Below are positions 39,091 through 47,981 of a stretch of DNA of 64,000 bases, one piece after another. Numbering within the stretch: position 1 is the stretch's first letter; the number at the start of each line of letters is the position of its first letter. Below the pieces are notes generated by a model, which saw nothing but the letters and a program-made list of their open reading frames with translations, ran no database searches and was not told the DNA's origin. This stretch comes from a virus, in the IMG/VR virus record IMGVR_UViG_3300020182_000028, positions 3,492-67,491 of that record; one strand, written 5' to 3'. A program made the position numbers and the translations under genes.

Positions 39091-40128
39091 TTATGTCACA
39101 GCGTTATTATCTGCTTCATCAAGTACCTTGTTAAACTCTCTTAATCGTTTAATTACAGATTGAAAATCAACAATTGTTGTCCATCTATCGATAAAGAATG
39201 TTAATGCACCTTCTACTCTGCCAAATGCATTAAGCACTTGTATAAGCACACCGAATGTAATTAACTGTGCAAAGTAACTTGGTGCTAATATTACAATAGC
39301 AACATTACCTGCTAGTAATGAAAAGCCAGTCTGCCAGATACCAAAGCCCATATAGTAATTGAACAGGCGATAATAGTTACGTTTGATTGATGCAAACATT
39401 GGAAACAAGTCTTCTGATAAACGTTCTTTGAAATCATCTTCGCTGTGTACCAATTTTTTACGAAACTTTGCTTCGACAACTTGGTTTTTATACTCTAAGC
39501 CTGGTAATTTGATACCCAGTAAGAATGATAATAGTGTGCCGCCTATACTCATAATAAGTGCAGCCCATACTAGAAAGCCAGGAATAATTTGACCATTCCA
39601 AACCGGTAGACCCTCACTTAATGTCCACAATACGGGTAAGAAAGCAGCAAGAATGAAAATCTTATTGACAAAACCAGTGAATAGTGATTGTAACGTTTTA
39701 CCAAAGATCATTAGATCCTCTTGAATACGCTGTGAACCACCTTCGATTTTCGCTGTTGAGTTTTCCCAACGCTTTAGATAGTAGTGTGTATTTGCTTCTC
39801 TCCAACGGAATGTAAATCGCTGTGTTTGCCATGTGGCATATGTTGCCATTGGTACATAGATAAGAAGTATTTCTAAGAAACTAGGAACAGTGGTTGTTTC
39901 GTCCATACTGAACGTGATAAACTCCCATAGTCTAACTGGATTGAAACTCCAGAACAGCTCCCAAAATCTTGCTTCTTGTAGTGTTTGTATAGCATCATAA
40001 AACTCGCGGTTCCATGCGTTATAATAAACTAGAATTTGAACATTATACCATCCAATAAATAACAGCCAAGCAAGCATTAGCCAAGCATATAGAAATTGCG
40101 ATGGAGTCCAAAAGAAACTCTTTAGCAT
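39091..40128 (-). CDS. sbmA: SbmA/BacA-like inner-membrane peptide transporter
   Basis: NAWNREFYDAIQ, FRWREA..YYL, EGGSQRIQED, QVVEAKFRKKLV, ITFGVLIQVLNAFGRV; multiple TM helices; no ATPase domain. Confidence 0.8.
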   Translation of the reverse strand: MLKSFFWTPSQFLYAWLMLAWLLFIGWYNVQILVYYNAWNREFYDAIQTLQEARFWELFWSFNPVRLWEFITFSMDETTTVPSFLEILLIYVPMATYATWQTQRFTFRWREANTHYYLKRWENSTAKIEGGSQRIQEDLMIFGKTLQSLFTGFVNKIFILAAFLPVLWTLSEGLPVWNGQIIPGFLVWAALIMSIGGTLLSFLLGIKLPGLEYKNQVVEAKFRKKLVHSEDDFKERLSEDLFPMFASIKRNYYRLFNYYMGFGIWQTGFSLLAGNVAIVILAPSYFAQLITFGVLIQVLNAFGRVEGALTFFIDRWTTIVDFQSVIKRLREFNKVLDEADNNAVT

Positions 40129-40159
40129 TTTGTAGTCCTCCTATTAGGCAACCTTATCC

Positions 40160-41032
40160 TTATACTGGATCAAGTGTTGCGGTAGTCAACCCCCAAAAAT
40201 TTACATAGTTTGTTGCTAAAGAAATTAGTGCCGGTTTAGCTTCAAAATCAGTTGGTTTCAACCAATACATTGTTTGATTTGGGATTTGTATGAACAATTT
40301 ACGAACTTCTGGATCATCCACACCTAGTTCTTCCAATAATCCCAAGAGATTACTAGCAGTGCGATATGCTCCTGATTCTGCCTGTCTTGCCGGCATTCTA
40401 TTAATAAATTGTTCTGGCGTGCCGGGTCCGTGAATACCAAACCATACATCGCCTATAAGATATCTTCTATCTCCGCCCAAAAATATAAGACCACATGCAC
40501 TTGCACATACTGTTTTATTTTTTAGGTGGTCGATATCTAATTCATCTCCTACGTTGCCAGGAGAGTATATAATTTTGCCTTCGGCATTCATTACTGGTGT
40601 ATCACGAACTACTGTTACAACATTTCTTAGTTTGAAATGTGCTGCAATACATGAACCTTCTGCAAGATTGCCGCCAGGGCTTTCTAAAATAACAGTAAAG
40701 TCCATCGGCATATTAAGTACAATACGGTCACAGTCGCCACTACCAACACTACCAGTTAATGTGTATAAGAAATCATCTATCTTAGTAAAATTTAAATGCT
40801 TTTCTTGTTCTGCTTGTAGTTTTTCTGCCTGGACAGATGCATCATTTAGTCTTTTATATTCTACTATATATAAATTTACATAATTTTTTATATGCATTCC
40901 GCCCAGTACTATAACTGCTAAAATTAGTAATAAGTATAACGGTTTAGAAATAAGTTTTCTTAATTGTTTATAAATCCAAGTTGATTTTATTGTTAAAATT
41001 ACGACTTCACGTGCTTTACTTAGATATTTCAT
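40160..41032 (-). CDS. Membrane-anchored ClpP/crotonase-like protein
   Basis: N-terminal TM helix; LESPGG, CASACGLIFLGG, GIHGP. Confidence 0.6.
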   Translation of the reverse strand: MKYLSKAREVVILTIKSTWIYKQLRKLISKPLYLLLILAVIVLGGMHIKNYVNLYIVEYKRLNDASVQAEKLQAEQEKHLNFTKIDDFLYTLTGSVGSGDCDRIVLNMPMDFTVILESPGGNLAEGSCIAAHFKLRNVVTVVRDTPVMNAEGKIIYSPGNVGDELDIDHLKNKTVCASACGLIFLGGDRRYLIGDVWFGIHGPGTPEQFINRMPARQAESGAYRTASNLLGLLEELGVDDPEVRKLFIQIPNQTMYWLKPTDFEAKPALISLATNYVNFWGLTTATLDPV

Positions 41033-41061
41033 AAACTATATTCCTTATTGGTATTATAGTA

Positions 41062-41069
41062 TATTTATC
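41062..41069 (-). promoter_or_regulatory. T4-like late promoter GATAAATA
   Basis: GATAAATA-TACT upstream of 41032. Confidence 0.5.
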
Positions 41070-41372
41070 TTAATTCCATCCATCGTTATTGTCTTCTGGT
41101 AATTCTGGAGTTGATGGTGCTGCATTTTGTTTATTATACAATTCCATTTGTCTTTGGAATTCTTCTTTTGTAACACATTGTGCTGTCTTATACATTTTGT
41201 ATTCTAGATCCATAGTGAAACCTGCTGGTGGTGTTACTACATATTGTACATATTCTTGGCATCTATCCATACTTGGAAATGGCATAAATTGATATAGTGG
41301 TTGTCCTAATGGAATTTGAAATATAGAAACTACAAAGTGTCCTATAATCATAACTGCGTTAAAATCTGGCAT
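41070..41372 (-). CDS. Hypothetical protein
   Basis: 100 aa; hydrophobic N-terminus, two Cys. Confidence 0.5.
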   Translation of the reverse strand: MPDFNAVMIIGHFVVSIFQIPLGQPLYQFMPFPSMDRCQEYVQYVVTPPAGFTMDLEYKMYKTAQCVTKEEFQRQMELYNKQNAAPSTPELPEDNNDGWN

Positions 41373-41563
41373 TAAAATTTTCCTCCGTCAAATGTGACTG
41401 TTTTTGGTTCTGTGTTTGTATCTTTTAATTCCATAAGAAGTAGAGATAATTCTGTTTGTAATTTAACTGCATCTTCTATACTTATACGAATATGTTTATC
41501 TTTTCTAACTGCAGATTTATTAATCGACAGCAAGAAACTTTTTATTTGGTTATAATCATTCAT
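41372..41563 (-). CDS. Small conserved phage protein
   Basis: 63 aa ending DGGKF; coupled ORFs. Confidence 0.55.
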   Translation of the reverse strand: MNDYNQIKSFLLSINKSAVRKDKHIRISIEDAVKLQTELSLLLMELKDTNTEPKTVTFDGGKF

Positions 41564-42042
41564 TTGTTAATTCTAGCAATTTCTGCTTCCAGTTGTGTCT
41601 TTGTTTTAAATGGACCTATATATTCGTATGTATCTAGCGTTTCACGCTTTACACAGTATGCGTTCTTCCAACCTGCGCCTGGGAATGCAAGGCCATAATA
41701 ACCTGCAGCATACAACACTTTTGATTTATCTGTTTTTGTATATATTGGTATGTTATTCTTATCAAGTCCTTTGTTAAATGCTTTATGCTTGGATGGATAA
41801 CTTTCAACTTCATCTATATCTTTGCCATAATCAACACTTACAGTTTTCTTTACTTGTTTTGATTCAAGAATTTTACGTCCAAATTTTAAGGTTAGAGAAT
41901 CTAAATTCAGAGTTTCTACATCTACAGCATCTTGCATGATTACTTCAAAGTCAGAAGATTCAGTCTTACGGATAAGACCAAGTTTTATACCTGAGTCTTC
42001 TACAATCCAGAACTTATCTTTTATTATTTCAACTGTATACAT
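41560..42042 (-). CDS. Conserved large-phage hypothetical protein
   Basis: 160 aa; YAAGYY...YIGPFKT. Confidence 0.6.
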   Translation of the reverse strand: MYTVEIIKDKFWIVEDSGIKLGLIRKTESSDFEVIMQDAVDVETLNLDSLTLKFGRKILESKQVKKTVSVDYGKDIDEVESYPSKHKAFNKGLDKNNIPIYTKTDKSKVLYAAGYYGLAFPGAGWKNAYCVKRETLDTYEYIGPFKTKTQLEAEIARINK

Positions 42043-42745
42043 TCTTTAAAATCTCATATGTTTCTTCCCATCTGGATACCTTATGGGTTCTACCTACGCC
42101 TTTTTTCTTAATTGCTTGTGCTAATGTGTAGTCATTTCCGCCATCAAAGATACCGTCACCGAAGAATATAATTATATCACTTTTATTGAAGTCTTTAAGT
42201 ATCTGGCTCTTATCAGAACCAGTGGGACCTATATCAATACCAGTCTCACCACCCACAGTTGCAGTTACATCTTTAAATTCATCATCGTTGTAATTAATAT
42301 ACAATGCCATGTTTTCACGTTCATTGTATTCTTTATCCCACTTTACATACTCTGCACGTTGTTCAGTATTAGCACCCCGTCCTACAATTGAGAAGTTAAC
42401 CATACCTGGACGTTCTTCAATGTGTGTACCGGTAAGATGTGGAAATTGTGTATTTTCTAACCAGTATCTTAATGTTTGATGCGCTGGCACTTTTATCTTC
42501 CATGGGTTATTATGTATATTTACACCCTTTTCCCATACAGAGTTTCCATTACAGTTATAGGAGCGTTTTACAGTATTGAATAGTTTATTACCTATCTGTT
42601 CAATTGTTTTAGGCGCATCACTTCCTGTTGCAAGATATACATTATTGGATTTACAGAACTTTAACATGAAACGCAAGAAAGAGGCATTGATTGCCCCTCT
42701 ACTTGGTGTTAGTGTTCCATCTACATCAAATATATATCTAAGCAT
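42029..42745 (-). CDS. HAD-IIB hydrolase, eukaryote-type phosphomannomutase-like
   Basis: FDVDGTLT (DxDxT), LATGSD, IEERPGMVNFSIVGR, GGETGIDI, FFGD...GGND; start moved to MLRYIFD from ORF-track 42820. Confidence 0.8.
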   Translation of the reverse strand: MLRYIFDVDGTLTPSRGAINASFLRFMLKFCKSNNVYLATGSDAPKTIEQIGNKLFNTVKRSYNCNGNSVWEKGVNIHNNPWKIKVPAHQTLRYWLENTQFPHLTGTHIEERPGMVNFSIVGRGANTEQRAEYVKWDKEYNERENMALYINYNDDEFKDVTATVGGETGIDIGPTGSDKSQILKDFNKSDIIIFFGDGIFDGGNDYTLAQAIKKKGVGRTHKVSRWEETYEILKNVYS

Positions 42746-43739
42746 GTGGATATGCTTTGTTAAGAATTGCAGCCATTTCATCCGGTGCTTTAGCCAGATT
42801 TTGTAAGTCCCATTCTCCACACCAACGTAGGAAGTTAATCCCTACACCTGCTTTTGTCTTAGGTATACTGCGTTCCGCAATGGTTTCGATAAACTTTATC
42901 TTTAAATCTTGTGGCTGCGCAGTAAGGTCAATCAATTTTTTATTACGTTCATACATATCACGTACTGTATGTTCTTCACCATTATGATCTGTCCATCGTT
43001 GTAACATGAAGTTATTCCAATTAAAACCACCCGTGTTTCGGTCTTCAAATGCTTCGATCATGCCAACTTTATTCTTTGTACCTTTCTTGCGACATCCAGG
43101 ATAGGCACTGAATATGTTATCACTTGTGTCACCACGAATGCACTTTTCAAATAGCAACCATTCGGGATCAGGCGCAGCTAATACTTCTTTAGTTTTCTTA
43201 TCTTTTATAGGAGTGCGTTTCTTATCATCTTTGAAGAATCCGTCAGGTGTAATAATACGATTTTGAACACCATCATATATTGTTACATTGTTACAAATCA
43301 ACTGCTGGTAATCGCTATCACTGCTAATAATAACATGATGATCATTTGGATGTGATTCAATAAACAGCGCAATCATATCATCTGCTTCTGCTTCTGGGTT
43401 CTGCAATAGAGTACAATTAGTACGTTCATCTAGAAACTTAATCATACTATCATATGCGCCAAACATAATAGCGTCTTCCTCTTGCTCACGCTCACTTTTT
43501 GCCATTTGTGCGGCTCTACGCTGTGCTTTATATGGTGTATAAAAGTCTTTGCGCCAGCTTCTGCCTTCTAAGCAAAATACTGCATGGTCTGCGTTAAACA
43601 TATTATAACACATTTTTACACTTGACATCATAATGTGAAATGACATGCCAATTTTAGTATCGATATCCGCACCACGGTGAGTTACATGTTTTGCACGATG
43701 ATACATATTAAGACTGTCAACGAGAATGAAAGTAGCCAT
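42738..43739 (-). CDS. rnh: T4 RNase H-like 5'-3' flap exonuclease
   Basis: LVDSLN, LEGRSWRK, EADD, SSDSDYQQL, GDTSDNI. Confidence 0.85.
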   Translation of the reverse strand: MATFILVDSLNMYHRAKHVTHRGADIDTKIGMSFHIMMSSVKMCYNMFNADHAVFCLEGRSWRKDFYTPYKAQRRAAQMAKSEREQEEDAIMFGAYDSMIKFLDERTNCTLLQNPEAEADDMIALFIESHPNDHHVIISSDSDYQQLICNNVTIYDGVQNRIITPDGFFKDDKKRTPIKDKKTKEVLAAPDPEWLLFEKCIRGDTSDNIFSAYPGCRKKGTKNKVGMIEAFEDRNTGGFNWNNFMLQRWTDHNGEEHTVRDMYERNKKLIDLTAQPQDLKIKFIETIAERSIPKTKAGVGINFLRWCGEWDLQNLAKAPDEMAAILNKAYPHA

Positions 43740-43768
43740 TATTACCTCTGTTTTTAAATTATGATTCT

Positions 43769-43797
43769 ATAATAGATGATTTAAATACTAATGTCAA
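43769..43797 (-). promoter_or_regulatory. Sigma70-type promoter; GAATC directly after the -10
   Basis: TTGACA-17 nt-TATTAT-AGAATCAT. Confidence 0.7.
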
Positions 43798-44264
43798 GAG
43801 TATTCTGAATTGCCATCATCAGTTTTTAATTTTTGAATGATTAAGCCTTCTTTGCTAGAAGAATCGACACTTTTTGTAATACCTTCACTATCTTCAAGTC
43901 CTTCCATTACAATATTTTGACATAAATCATTAAACCAATTATCTACAATTTCACCTGGTTCTATGCCCGCATATCCGCTGTTGGCAAGATATTCAACAAA
44001 GTGTTCATTGAAATCCAGTTCAAAGTATCCTGCACTTGGTGATGTTGGATCCATTTCTAAACTTACAACACGTATATATGGTTCTTCATTTAATGTTGCA
44101 GTAGACTTATCAAATTCATCTGATGAAATTTCTTTATGCTTTAATTTATAATCTAATAGTTTTCTTTCTTTTGTATCACTATCTATAACTTTTTCAATGA
44201 TATATTTTTCTTTACTTTTTGAATCCATAAGCATTGTTATGAACCAGTCTTTGACTTTACTCAT
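43794..44264 (-). CDS. Conserved large-phage hypothetical protein
   Basis: 156 aa; EPYIRVVS...GYFELDFNE.FVEYL. Confidence 0.6.
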   Translation of the reverse strand: MSKVKDWFITMLMDSKSKEKYIIEKVIDSDTKERKLLDYKLKHKEISSDEFDKSTATLNEEPYIRVVSLEMDPTSPSAGYFELDFNEHFVEYLANSGYAGIEPGEIVDNWFNDLCQNIVMEGLEDSEGITKSVDSSSKEGLIIQKLKTDDGNSEYS

Positions 44265-44268
44265 AATA

Positions 44269-44451
44269 TTAATACTCCACTTTTTGTTGTAGATGTCTTA
44301 TTTCAACTAGTTTTGCATTTTGGTCATCATCAAACCCATCGTTCAATCTATATGACACTCCTTGCTTATACAACTTCTTATTGAGTTTGTTTATACTATC
44401 TACATATAAACGTAACTCTTTAACCATATCTGATACTTTTGGGTCTTTCAT
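44269..44451 (-). CDS. Small hypothetical protein
   Basis: 60 aa ORF in operon position. Confidence 0.5.
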   Translation of the reverse strand: MKDPKVSDMVKELRLYVDSINKLNKKLYKQGVSYRLNDGFDDDQNAKLVEIRHLQQKVEY

Positions 44452-44517
44452 AATTTTTTCCTAATATTCTCTAGTTGTTCCTCTGATGTAATACCACGAT
44501 TATATTTCGTAACCTCG

Positions 44518-45390
44518 TCAAGTCCCCCAGGCATTTCCGAATAAAGATATGTGGAGTCTGGGTGTGAATCTCCATCCTTTTGCCATGCAGAGTTCCGCCA
44601 CTTCTTGTACGTTGAGGGAATATTCTTCACTGCGTCCCCCCATCGGCATAAGATATACTGGACATTCCAACCCGGCATCCCGGTATTGCTGAACAGCCCT
44701 AGTAACTTCGTCAACATCGTTTCTATCAGCAACAACAAACTTGAGGTAAACGTCACTAGTGTCCAAAATATTATACTCATAAGCAATATTAGGCTTAATA
44801 GCATCATCCCAAGACTCGCCTGAAACGGATAGTTTCGGTGAGCAACTAAAAGTGACTTGAAGTTTTTCATTATTGTTGAAATAATTAAAGAGTTCATCGT
44901 AAAGATGCTGCGTAGTGTTGGTTTCGAAAGTGACATTTTTTAGATCCTGCATACGTGGGTGTTCGAATAATTCTACATACAATTTTTGCCAGGCAAGTAA
45001 AGGTTCACCGCCTGTTAGAATTAGATGAATATCTTGACCATTATCTTGTGTCCACTTTCCTTCTGGAGTTAAAGACAATAAATGATCAACTACTTCATCA
45101 ATTGTTCTATCAAACACAAGGTGTTTAAACTCTGGGTAGATACTAGCATATGTATCACAACCTGTGTGAATAATAGGCAAGTCTTCAAACTTTTTTACTG
45201 TCTCATGTACGCCATCTTTGATAAGTTGTTCAACTTCTGGATTATAACGAGACTTTTCTCTATCTTTATTTAGTCCAAAGTTTTGACAACGAAAGTTGCA
45301 ACCAAAGGTACGTAGGAATACACTAGGTACTCCTACAAACTTGCCTTCGCCTTGCACACTATAAAATGCTTCACTATATCTTAGTTTCAT
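44518..45390 (-). CDS. queE: 7-carboxy-7-deazaguanine synthase (radical SAM)
   Basis: YSEAFYSVQGEG...VFLRTFGCNFRC...GCDT, LTGGEPLL, ETNTT, SPKL, YLMP, RFTPRLH; TAATG overlap with folE. Confidence 0.9.
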   Translation of the reverse strand: MKLRYSEAFYSVQGEGKFVGVPSVFLRTFGCNFRCQNFGLNKDREKSRYNPEVEQLIKDGVHETVKKFEDLPIIHTGCDTYASIYPEFKHLVFDRTIDEVVDHLLSLTPEGKWTQDNGQDIHLILTGGEPLLAWQKLYVELFEHPRMQDLKNVTFETNTTQHLYDELFNYFNNNEKLQVTFSCSPKLSVSGESWDDAIKPNIAYEYNILDTSDVYLKFVVADRNDVDEVTRAVQQYRDAGLECPVYLMPMGGRSEEYSLNVQEVAELCMAKGWRFTPRLHISLFGNAWGT

Positions 45391-46088
45391 TAGCAACTAA
45401 ACTCCTGTTGTAGTTTAATATTGTCCATGAATTCTTGTTTTACATGTGGATTATCAAAGAATGATCCTTTAAGAACTGTTGTCTGGGTAAGTGAACTATG
45501 TGCCATAATTCCACGATTTTCACAGCAACCGTGTGTCGCTTGAATATAAACACCAACATCGTTTGAGCCTGTAGCATTACGGATTTCTCTGTTAATATCC
45601 ATAGCAAGTTCCTCTTGTAGTGTCCCTCTTCGTGCACACCATTGTGCAATCCTCGTATATTTGCTAAGACCAATCAAAGTATCTGCCGCAATGATTCCAA
45701 TATAAGCAATGCCATTAACTGGCTGATGATGATGCGAACATACACTGGTCAGTTCTGAACGGACAACTAGCATGCCTTCATATTTGTCACCTGTAACATT
45801 ATCTGGTTCATTTGGAAATGCAGTAGCAGGCGGAGGCGGATTATAACGTCCAGCCATAAGTTCATTTATATACATCTTGGCTAACCGTCTACCAGTATCC
45901 ATTGAGTTAGGATCGGTCCATCTATCGATTAGTAGTGAATCTAATACACCTTCAAACTTTTCAGTAAGTTCGTCTATCAGATTACATTTATCATTTTCAT
46001 CTATTACTGCAGAGATATTATCTCCTGCCCAGTAACGTATGCCTTCTTTTTCTAAACGTGATTTGATAATTTCGGAAGTCTTTGTCAT
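45390..46088 (-). CDS. folE: GTP cyclohydrolase I
   Basis: DPNS..TGRRLAKMY, SVCSHH, GLSKY.R, QEEL, ATHGC...RG. Confidence 0.93.
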   Translation of the reverse strand: MTKTSEIIKSRLEKEGIRYWAGDNISAVIDENDKCNLIDELTEKFEGVLDSLLIDRWTDPNSMDTGRRLAKMYINELMAGRYNPPPPATAFPNEPDNVTGDKYEGMLVVRSELTSVCSHHHQPVNGIAYIGIIAADTLIGLSKYTRIAQWCARRGTLQEELAMDINREIRNATGSNDVGVYIQATHGCCENRGIMAHSSLTQTTVLKGSFFDNPHVKQEFMDNIKLQQEFSC

Positions 46089-46129
46089 ATACTATGTTCC
46101 TTTCTATTTTATTAATTTGCTTGTATATA

Positions 46130-46158
46130 ATATTACTATATATTAATTAGTGTGTCAA
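46130..46158 (-). promoter_or_regulatory. Sigma70-type promoter for folE-queE
   Basis: TTGACA-17 nt-TAATAT. Confidence 0.6.
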
Positions 46159-47225
46159 GTATTATTATTTAGGTGTTTTATTAAATCACCACCTGAATAA
46201 AAACTTGCAACTCTATTAATTTCTTCTTGTAGTATAGGTTGAATATCAGAATTCTTATTCATTTGGGTACGAATATATGCTTTAATATTCTCTATGTTCT
46301 TTTTTGTTGAATCCAATGAAGTAGTCCAGTCACTTGGATACTTGAATTGTTCACTCCACATTTCACTGTATGATAATCTATCTGGTACCATTGGCACACT
46401 TCCAACTACAATTCCTTCATACATTGATATACCTAATGTTTCTTGTAAGTTGGCACTAAATACCATCTTTGATTTACTTAATAAGTCATGGTAATCTGGT
46501 TTGGATAACTCAAGTTCTTGACATTTGATGAACTTATATTCGGGCATTTGTTCAGCAATATAATCAAAAACTTCTGGCTGTTTCTCAGGTGCGATACGAT
46601 GTGGAAATAGTATTATGTCCTCTTTCGCTTTATTATTTTTATATGCACCAAGATCAGTTTCGATATACTCCATCGGCCAACCCACTTGTCTAATAGAGTG
46701 AAGTAGTTGCCTGTCGATGTCACGATCATTATCCCAAAACGTATTTGTAAAGAGATCAATATGAAAGCGAGTAGCAAAGAAGTTATCATTGTAACAGTCA
46801 TACATTGACATTTCTGCTTTTCGAACCCATGAGGCATCACCAATTAAGCGACCTAGAAAATCTTGGGGATCATAACTACCAGCATGCCATAATCCACCTA
46901 TACGGATTTTTATCCCAAGTAATTCTGCCATATATTTCAACTGGATGACAGTGGGATTCCACGCATCAGTATAAAGAAAGTAATCGCCATCATGGATTTT
47001 ACCATCACAGAACAATTTCGCTATTTGTTCTAACTGTGCGCTCTTATAGATATTTGTACCTCCAAAGTTAAGAAATGCACCCGGTGTAGTAGATGCTGGG
47101 ATATCAGTTGGACCTTCAATCACATTAACATCAATGCCGTTGCTTCGTAACAATGTGGGGAGATGTGTTTTCCACTGCTTAGTATAGCGAGATTCAACAC
47201 TTTCCAAGTCTATAAGATATAACAT
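46155..47225 (-). CDS. GT-B fold glycosyltransferase (GT4-like) inside the deazaguanine locus
   Basis: ILFPHRIAPEKQPE, YHDLLSKSK, LQETLGISMYEG (E-x7-E), PDRLSYSEM. Confidence 0.75.
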   Translation of the reverse strand: MLYLIDLESVESRYTKQWKTHLPTLLRSNGIDVNVIEGPTDIPASTTPGAFLNFGGTNIYKSAQLEQIAKLFCDGKIHDGDYFLYTDAWNPTVIQLKYMAELLGIKIRIGGLWHAGSYDPQDFLGRLIGDASWVRKAEMSMYDCYNDNFFATRFHIDLFTNTFWDNDRDIDRQLLHSIRQVGWPMEYIETDLGAYKNNKAKEDIILFPHRIAPEKQPEVFDYIAEQMPEYKFIKCQELELSKPDYHDLLSKSKMVFSANLQETLGISMYEGIVVGSVPMVPDRLSYSEMWSEQFKYPSDWTTSLDSTKKNIENIKAYIRTQMNKNSDIQPILQEEINRVASFYSGGDLIKHLNNNT

Positions 47226-47296
47226 TCGTTTTGCCCTTTTAATGAATGTGTAGATATTCTAGTACTAGTTATTAATATCCAAACCAGATACCATTA

Positions 47297-47320
47297 TTCA
47301 TTACCATATATGGTAATGAA
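47297..47320. repeat. Perfect 24-bp palindrome TTCATTACCATATATGGTAATGAA
   Basis: Read directly; intergenic between the QueD-like and GT genes. Confidence 0.9.
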
Positions 47321-47326
47321 ATTCTT

Positions 47327-47803
47327 TTAGATATTGTATTCAATCAATGCTCCGTTTTCACCATCTTCGGAGATTTCAATTTTGATATCTCGTCCGGGAT
47401 ATTTCGCAACGATTTGATTGAACAAATCATCAGACATCATTTCACATGATTTGTGATCAAGTTGAATAACATCATCTTTATACAAGTTCTCTAGCCAACG
47501 TTGAAATTGAATAAATTCAATGTCTCTATCGTTGTGTGTTACTTTGATTGCTACTCGAAAGTGAAATTGATGGCGATGCGGATATCCCAAGAATGACACA
47601 TCATATTCATCACCTGTAGCAAGTGCAGGATCTTCTAGTGCTGCTGGATAGCAGTGAATACCTTCACGTTTAAATGTAACCCAAATCCAACGTTTTGCTG
47701 TTGTCATGGGTACATTAATAGTTGTACTTGTTTCTGTCAATTTAGCGTCCTCTTCTCTGTTGCGCCGTTTCATATAATCATAATAACTAGCCATTAGTTT
47801 CAA
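47327..47803 (-). CDS. QueD-like T-fold metalloprotein (DpdL-like)
   Basis: GIHCYP...LGYPHRHQF (LxxxHRHxF), SCEMMS, ISEDGENG; likely start MASYYDY (47791). Confidence 0.7.
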   Translation of the reverse strand: MKLMASYYDYMKRRNREEDAKLTETSTTINVPMTTAKRWIWVTFKREGIHCYPAALEDPALATGDEYDVSFLGYPHRHQFHFRVAIKVTHNDRDIEFIQFQRWLENLYKDDVIQLDHKSCEMMSDDLFNQIVAKYPGRDIKIEISEDGENGALIEYNI

Positions 47804-47972
47804 GTTCTCTTTCCATTGCTAAAATTGATTGTTTCAATTTTAATTTTTTCATTTTAAGTTCACTAACATCTAGTCTGAGATTATAATCTTTTTGTATCTT
47901 ATCGTCAAGTGTCCTATGTTCGATTTTTAGTTGTTCTAGTCTTGCTATTTTTTTATCAATTTTCATTTTCAA
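47787..47972 (-). CDS. Small coiled-coil protein (DUF465-like)
   Basis: L..EHR.LDDKI...LKMKKLKLK. Confidence 0.6.
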   Translation of the reverse strand: MKMKIDKKIARLEQLKIEHRTLDDKIQKDYNLRLDVSELKMKKLKLKQSILAMERELETNG

Positions 47973-47981
47973 TCCTTATTG

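Noticed and set aside
44448-44936. Minus-strand 162-aa ORF overlapping queE in another frame
   Set aside because: Almost wholly within queE, with no recognisable motifs or start signals
47226-47326. PreQ1 riboswitch upstream of the glycosyltransferase/folE genes
   Set aside because: No class I AGAGGTTCTAG-type stem-loop with A-rich tail; only a palindrome is present
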